A DNA stretch of 64,000 nucleotides from the human T2T-CHM13v2.0 reference genome, Homo sapiens: the NCBI RefSeq assembly GCF_009914755.1, contig NC_060925.1. One strand, 5' to 3'. The notes under the pieces are model-generated. The model did no database searches. It had not been told where the DNA came from and was given only the letters and a program-made list of their open reading frames with translations. Numbering within the stretch: the first letter of the stretch is position 1; every line of letters starts with the position of its first letter. This document shows, one piece after another, positions 58,801 to 64,000 of the stretch. The translations under genes and the position numbers were made by a program.

Positions 58801-59084
58801 AAACAGTCATTTTTCCAACAATTTTAAAATTATGGCTTCAAAACATTGCGAGTTAAAACATTATTATATAAAGAGAGTAAAAAATGATTTCTCCATGTGA
58901 TCTAAGCACTCAATGTTTTTGACAACTTTGTTATTACTCTATCAGCAATTCTTCCCAATTATTCTGTAAGATAAGGTCAAATTTTCATGATTTTAACTAT
59001 AAAGAAGCCAAGATAAAGAGAGATCAAGTCGTTTGTTTCAGAGAATCCAGCAAATCTATGTAGTAATTCTCCCAGGAAAAACCT

Positions 59085-59566
59085 TTTTTTCCCCAGTGTT
59101 ATTGAATTATAATAAATAAAAGTTGTTTATATTGCTAATTGCTAGTATACGATGTGACAATTTCATATATGTGTGTATATATATAGTAAAATGACTATTA
59201 CGATCAAGTTAGTTTAAAAAGTCATCACTTCACATAGTTTTCTTTCTTTTTTTCTTTTTTTTTTTTTGCTGTGTTGAGAGCACTTAGCATCTACTCTCTT
59301 AGCAAATTTCAATTTCAAGTACAATACAGTATTATTAACTATACTGACCATGCTGTACATTACATCTCCAAAACATACTTATCTTATAACTGAAAGTTTA
59401 TACCCATCAATCAACTCCATCCCCAACCTCTCCCACTGCCTCCTCTCCTGGAAAACACCATTCTCTCTCCTGTGAGTTTGACTTTTTTAGATTCCATATA
59501 TAAGTGATATCATACAGCATGTATTTTTCTGTGTCTGGCTTATTTCACTTAGCATAATGTCCTCCA
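59085..59566 (-). mobile_element. L1MA8/9-type 3' end
   Basis: atctactctcttagcaaatttcaa..tacaatacagtattattaactata; ctggcttatttcacttagcataatgtcctcca. Confidence 0.88.
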
Positions 59567-59785
59567 TGCAATGATTTTTTGAATATGACCCCAATAGCAC
59601 AGGCAACAAAAGCAGAAGTAGACAAGTGAGACTACACTAAACTAAAAATCTTTTACCCAACAAAGAAAACAATAAATAAAAGGAAAAGGCAACCTATGGA
59701 ATGGAAGAAAATGCTTTCAAGCCATATATCTTACAAGGAGTTAATATCCAAATCTATAAGAAACTCATACAACTCAATAGCAGGC
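59567..59785 (+). mobile_element. Inverted L1 ORF2 segment of the same element
   Basis: gcacaggcaacaaaagc..ggcaacctatggaatggaagaaaat..caactcaatagca in the opposite orientation, directly abutting. Confidence 0.85.
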
Positions 59786-61209
59786 AAGAACTCCTGAATC
59801 AGAACTGTCTTCCTGTCTTTTCTTGCTCTGGTTCACTTTAGCGTTATGGGCTGTCAGGCAGACACATGTGTTTCCTCCTCCTACAACCAGTAGAGTGTGT
59901 TAAAAATCATGGAAGTGCTGAAGTAACTTTTATAATTTACAGTTTTTCTCCAAGCTGAATACTCTTGGGAATCAGCCAGTGGCATAGTCTTAGTGAGCTT
60001 TGTGCCCCTGTTTAACATTTATATAGAAATCTAATTACCGGAAAAATTCCTTGCTTCTGCTGACATTTTGACAAACGTTTAAGAAATCATATAAGGGATT
60101 ATTTCAACTCTGACAACATGAAAAAGAATTCTGCTAATTGTAGAGGAATTTTAACATACTTTCAGCATCGTACTCTCTTAATACCTTCACTGCTTTTGTT
60201 AAAAAAAAAATTCCAAGAGATTAGTTAATATTGAATAAAACAGTTTAAACAATTCTATCCTTAGAATATCCCCTCAGGAGATTATTTCCCTTTTTCCTTC
60301 GGTAATATTTTGATATTTCTTTCATTTTATCACATTTTCAGTCTTCAGTGACTCCAAATTAATACAACTAATTCAAATATTGGATTTAAATCCAAATTAT
60401 AAAAACTCTATTAGAAATACTGCTAGTTAATATTGATATTCACCATAAGCATTTAAGAAGAAAAACAAATTGTAAACAATTTTATTTAAATGCATTTACC
60501 AAAATGCTAAACAAAGTATTTACTTTTTTTGACTGAGAAAATGGGTGGGATACACATGATTAATTCCGAGAGAGATTGGTTAAATATGTCAATTTAGTGC
60601 TGCAGAAATGTAATTGCATCAAAAATATCTAAAAACATAAGTACACAAAATGATCTCTAGAGTTTAAATTCGTTATTAGAGAAACACAATGAAAGAATAA
60701 AAGAGGTAGTGGAGAGAATTCCATAAAATATATGGTGTATTAGTACAAACAGTTCTCTTTATCTATAGGTAATAAAAATACCCATAGCCAGTTTAATTAT
60801 CTGTATTTTATATTTGGATACATTTTGTGCCTAAATATGTTATTCCTTCTGTAATTTTACATTCATTTTAAAATTTCATATAGGATATTTTTATATTCAC
60901 TATACTTTTCACTACATATTTTTCTATAACCACTTAATTTCTTTTAGAGAACAGGAGATTATAACCCATAAAATATAACAATAATTGAATTTACAGAATC
61001 ATGTTTTTAATAAGAAGCATCATGACTTTCAGCAAATTATAAATTTGAAGACAGTTATTACATCTGTTTTTCTATCTTTATGTGCTCAGGTTATAGCCCA
61101 ATGCCTTACATGAGGATGGTGCTCAATAAATGTTTATTAGCAAATCTGAGTATAATAATTTTGCCTTTTTAATTCAGTAAAATATGCACATAGAAGAATT
61201 AGTTTTTGA

Positions 61210-61460
61210 GCAGCAGCATGATATTAGATAAAGTATGTGTTCTGAACTCAGACAAATTTTGGTTAGAATCTTTGGTCTGACAGTTGTTACCTATGTCACC
61301 TTAGGAGAGTTACATCACCTCTGTGAATGCAGTTTCCTCACTTATAAAGTGGGGCATGCATAAACCATACTGTGTATCAGCACCAGTGGCAATGTATGTA
61401 AAGCATCTGACGCATTTGCCACAGGTATATATATTCTTTAAGTGCTGGCAGCTATCTTTA
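61210..61460 (+). mobile_element. MIR SINE
   Basis: tgtcaccttaggagagttacatcacctctgtgaatgcagtttcctcacttataaagtgggg matches the MIR core. Confidence 0.8.
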
Positions 61461-63111
61461 TTGCTTATTTTTACTTTTGAGTTGTCTATAAATGTAGGTA
61501 TTTATATTATTCAAGCTTGATATACAACAGGTAAATTTCATCATAGGAAAAGTTAATTTTTGACTGCATGTACTACATGTTCATATCCTTCATCCCCTCC
61601 TTATTTTTTCTCTGCCAGTAATTAATTCCCTGATGATAGCTCCTTGTTGTCAGAGTGGCTGCTCTAACATGGATGGGTTTCCCAGCCCTCAAGCCAGAAA
61701 TCGTCCTATACAATCTATATTTATTTTATCTCCTCATTATTTTAAATAGTAACAAAAATTCTGTAGTCATTTGCAAAATAGTGAAATAATTTCTGTTCAA
61801 TTATTAGTGAATGAGAATAAGTATATTTATCTTTCCCAACAACACTTACATCTTCACTGCTGCTTTTAATGTGGACACACAAAGATATGAAAAATAACAT
61901 TTCTTCCCTCAAGGGGCTTCAAATATATTGGGAAATATTTACTATATGTTAGTAATGAAAAAAAGACAATATTTATTTTTTTTCTACATTTTAAAACCCT
62001 CCCTAACCCATTTTTATTTTTAAGCTTCTTCTAATCCTTTCTGTTTTAAATGGTAGATAAAGATGTTATTCTGCAGGTTAAATCAGTTGAAATGATTATA
62101 CAAGCCAGGAGTTCCTGACAAGAGAGTAGGTTTCAGCAAATGCCTCTTGGATTAATTATTAAAAACAAAATCTTGCATCTGACTCTAAAAATAAAAGAAA
62201 ATTATAGCATGTGCCATAAATTAAAGTGCCCAAATTTTCTACTGAATTTCAGACAATTTGTCACCCTATTTTGGGGAGGTGGGCCCAGGGACAGGGTGTG
62301 GGAGCAGAGATGGAATCAAAAATGCACATTGAAGAATGAGTCATTGGGACACACAAGTTGCAGGGAATACAGATAACAAGCTATCCATAAGGGGAGGAAC
62401 GTGATGAACAAAGACAACAAGATACTAGTGATATGACAATCATTCAGATGTTTAAAGAGTCTACTTTAAATTTTGAATCCTCTTTTAACAGAAATAACAG
62501 AAACTTCATCTGAGCTAATTTGGAGTTCTCAAATTTATTCACAGTTGTGTCTAAATTTTAAAAAACAAGTATTTCTAAGGTATGAGAAAATTGGAACATC
62601 TCATTTTTTTTTGTTTTATTTGTCCTTGCTGGTATCCATTGAAACTCCAGTTTCTTGTCTCTTCCTTTTGATAGGCAAAGCTAGTAAAAGAACTAACTTT
62701 TCTTTGTTTTATGTTGCTGTGACATAAGAAGCCACAGCCAGCCAACAATAGTTTGTCTGGGATGGAAGTGTGTATGTTTAGAAGAAAAATCTGGTAAAAA
62801 AAGTTAAGATTTCAAATATATTAAACATTTGTAATATAAATATTCGAACAGTAATGAATAACTCATTGTTATAAACTGAAGAGGAGTTTTAGACAGAAAA
62901 AGAGTCTCCCACTGGCAGAGGAAGTAAAATCAGATTTAAGCACACCAAAGTCAAAGCAGGGAACAACTTAACAGTTTGTAGGGCTCTGCGTTTGTCATTG
63001 TTGCCTGCTAACCAAGGGCAAGAATCAGGTCACAAACAATGTCCTGACCAGGCAGTATCTGTTACAGGGTGCAGCACAGATTTTCTATTGATTGTTATAG
63101 CCAGAGAGGGT

Positions 63112-63430
63112 AAGAAAAAAAAAAGGAGAAGGAGAAGGGGAAGGGGAAGGGGAAGAAGAGGAAGAGGAAGAAGAAGAAGAAGAAGAGGAAGAAGAAGAAG
63201 AGGAAGAAGAAAGGAGAAGGAGGAGGAGGAGGAGGAGAAGGAGAAGGAGGAAGAGAAGAAGGAGAAGGAGGAGGAGAAGAAGGAGAAGGAGAAGGAGAAG
63301 GAGAAGGGGAAGGGGAAGGAGAAGAAGAAGAGGAAGAGGAAGAGGAAGAGGAAGAAGAAGAAGAAGAAGAAGAAGAAGAAGAAGAAGAAGAAGAAGAAGA
63401 AGAAGAAGAAGAAGAAAAAGAAGAAGAAGA
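63112..63430 (+). repeat. 319-nt homopurine compound repeat (GAA/GGA/GAGAAG) including (GAA)22
   Basis: Only A and G on the + strand. Uninterrupted GAA runs from 63351 to 63416. Confidence 0.98.
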
Positions 63431-64000
63431 CAAGTTCTTCCAGGAAAAATCAGTGGCTGAAAGAGGTACAATTATTACTTGTTGGACTGACCACCTATTA
63501 TTTATAGTTTGATGAAGATACATTGGCTAATGAGCAAATATTTTATGGCTTATTCTATGTGGGCCTTATATTATTCTCAAATCATTCTTTAGTTTTCTTT
63601 ACAAAATTCAAGTTAAATTAACTGCAGGATCACAGAAGACCCTCAGAGGCCATAGCTAACAGCAGTCTGAGTGACTCCTTTAACAGACTGACTACAAACA
63701 GCAAAGTTACAATAAAATGTTATTTATTTTATCAATTCTGACCAAAAAAAGCAATAATTTGTTACTGATTGTGCCGCTGTAACAAAGAGTATGGATCATC
63801 AGGAAGATTAGGAATTTAGAAAAAGAAATGTAGGACCAGGACAAAGTATGAAGAAGATAACTCAGGATGGACAATGTCATTAAAAAACCTCATAAACATT
63901 TTCTCCAGAGATCTGATAAAGACTGTATCAGTGTTCCATCAGAGAAGCAAACACAGTAGGAGTAATCTAGAGTACTGATTTATTGTATGAGTGGGACCTC

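Noticed and set aside
62992-63523. Poly-K/R/E, poly-L and poly-S ORFs
   Set aside because: Translations of the GAA/GGA repeat.

Overview
AT-rich, repeat-dominated primate genomic DNA. AluY/AluS and L1PA4-type elements point to a hominoid, probably human, intron or intergenic region. No intact protein-coding gene, tRNA or CRISPR array is supportable. Nearly all ORFs in the track are decayed L1 ORF2, Alu read-throughs or simple-repeat artefacts. The window holds about 13 Alu copies or fragments, several L1s (L1PA4-like, L1PA13-15-like, L1MA, L1MC, L1ME), L2/MIR, LTRs (MER41, MLT1, LTR16-like, Gypsy-like) and DNA transposons (Tigger3b, MER5A, MER58A, MER63, MER3, Charlie-like), plus a 628-bp A/T-only tract and a 319-nt purine-only tract. 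Most notable are four items. (1) A fragmented Ty3/Gypsy pol fossil runs through the first 9 kb, with RT, RNase H and integrase motifs in the correct order followed by an LTR-like segment and a PBS-like TGGCGCC, broken up by nested younger insertions. (2) A tailless 5S rRNA retropseudogene has a perfect 17-bp target-site duplication. (3) An Alu fragment appears to have been copied from an Alu 1.5 kb upstream into an MLT1 LTR without TSD or poly(A). (4) An internally deleted L1MA sits inside a MER41 LTR that keeps a STAT1 GAS motif. Subfamily names come from recalled consensus sequences and need Dfam/RepeatMasker confirmation. I see no evidence of a novel functional multi-gene system.
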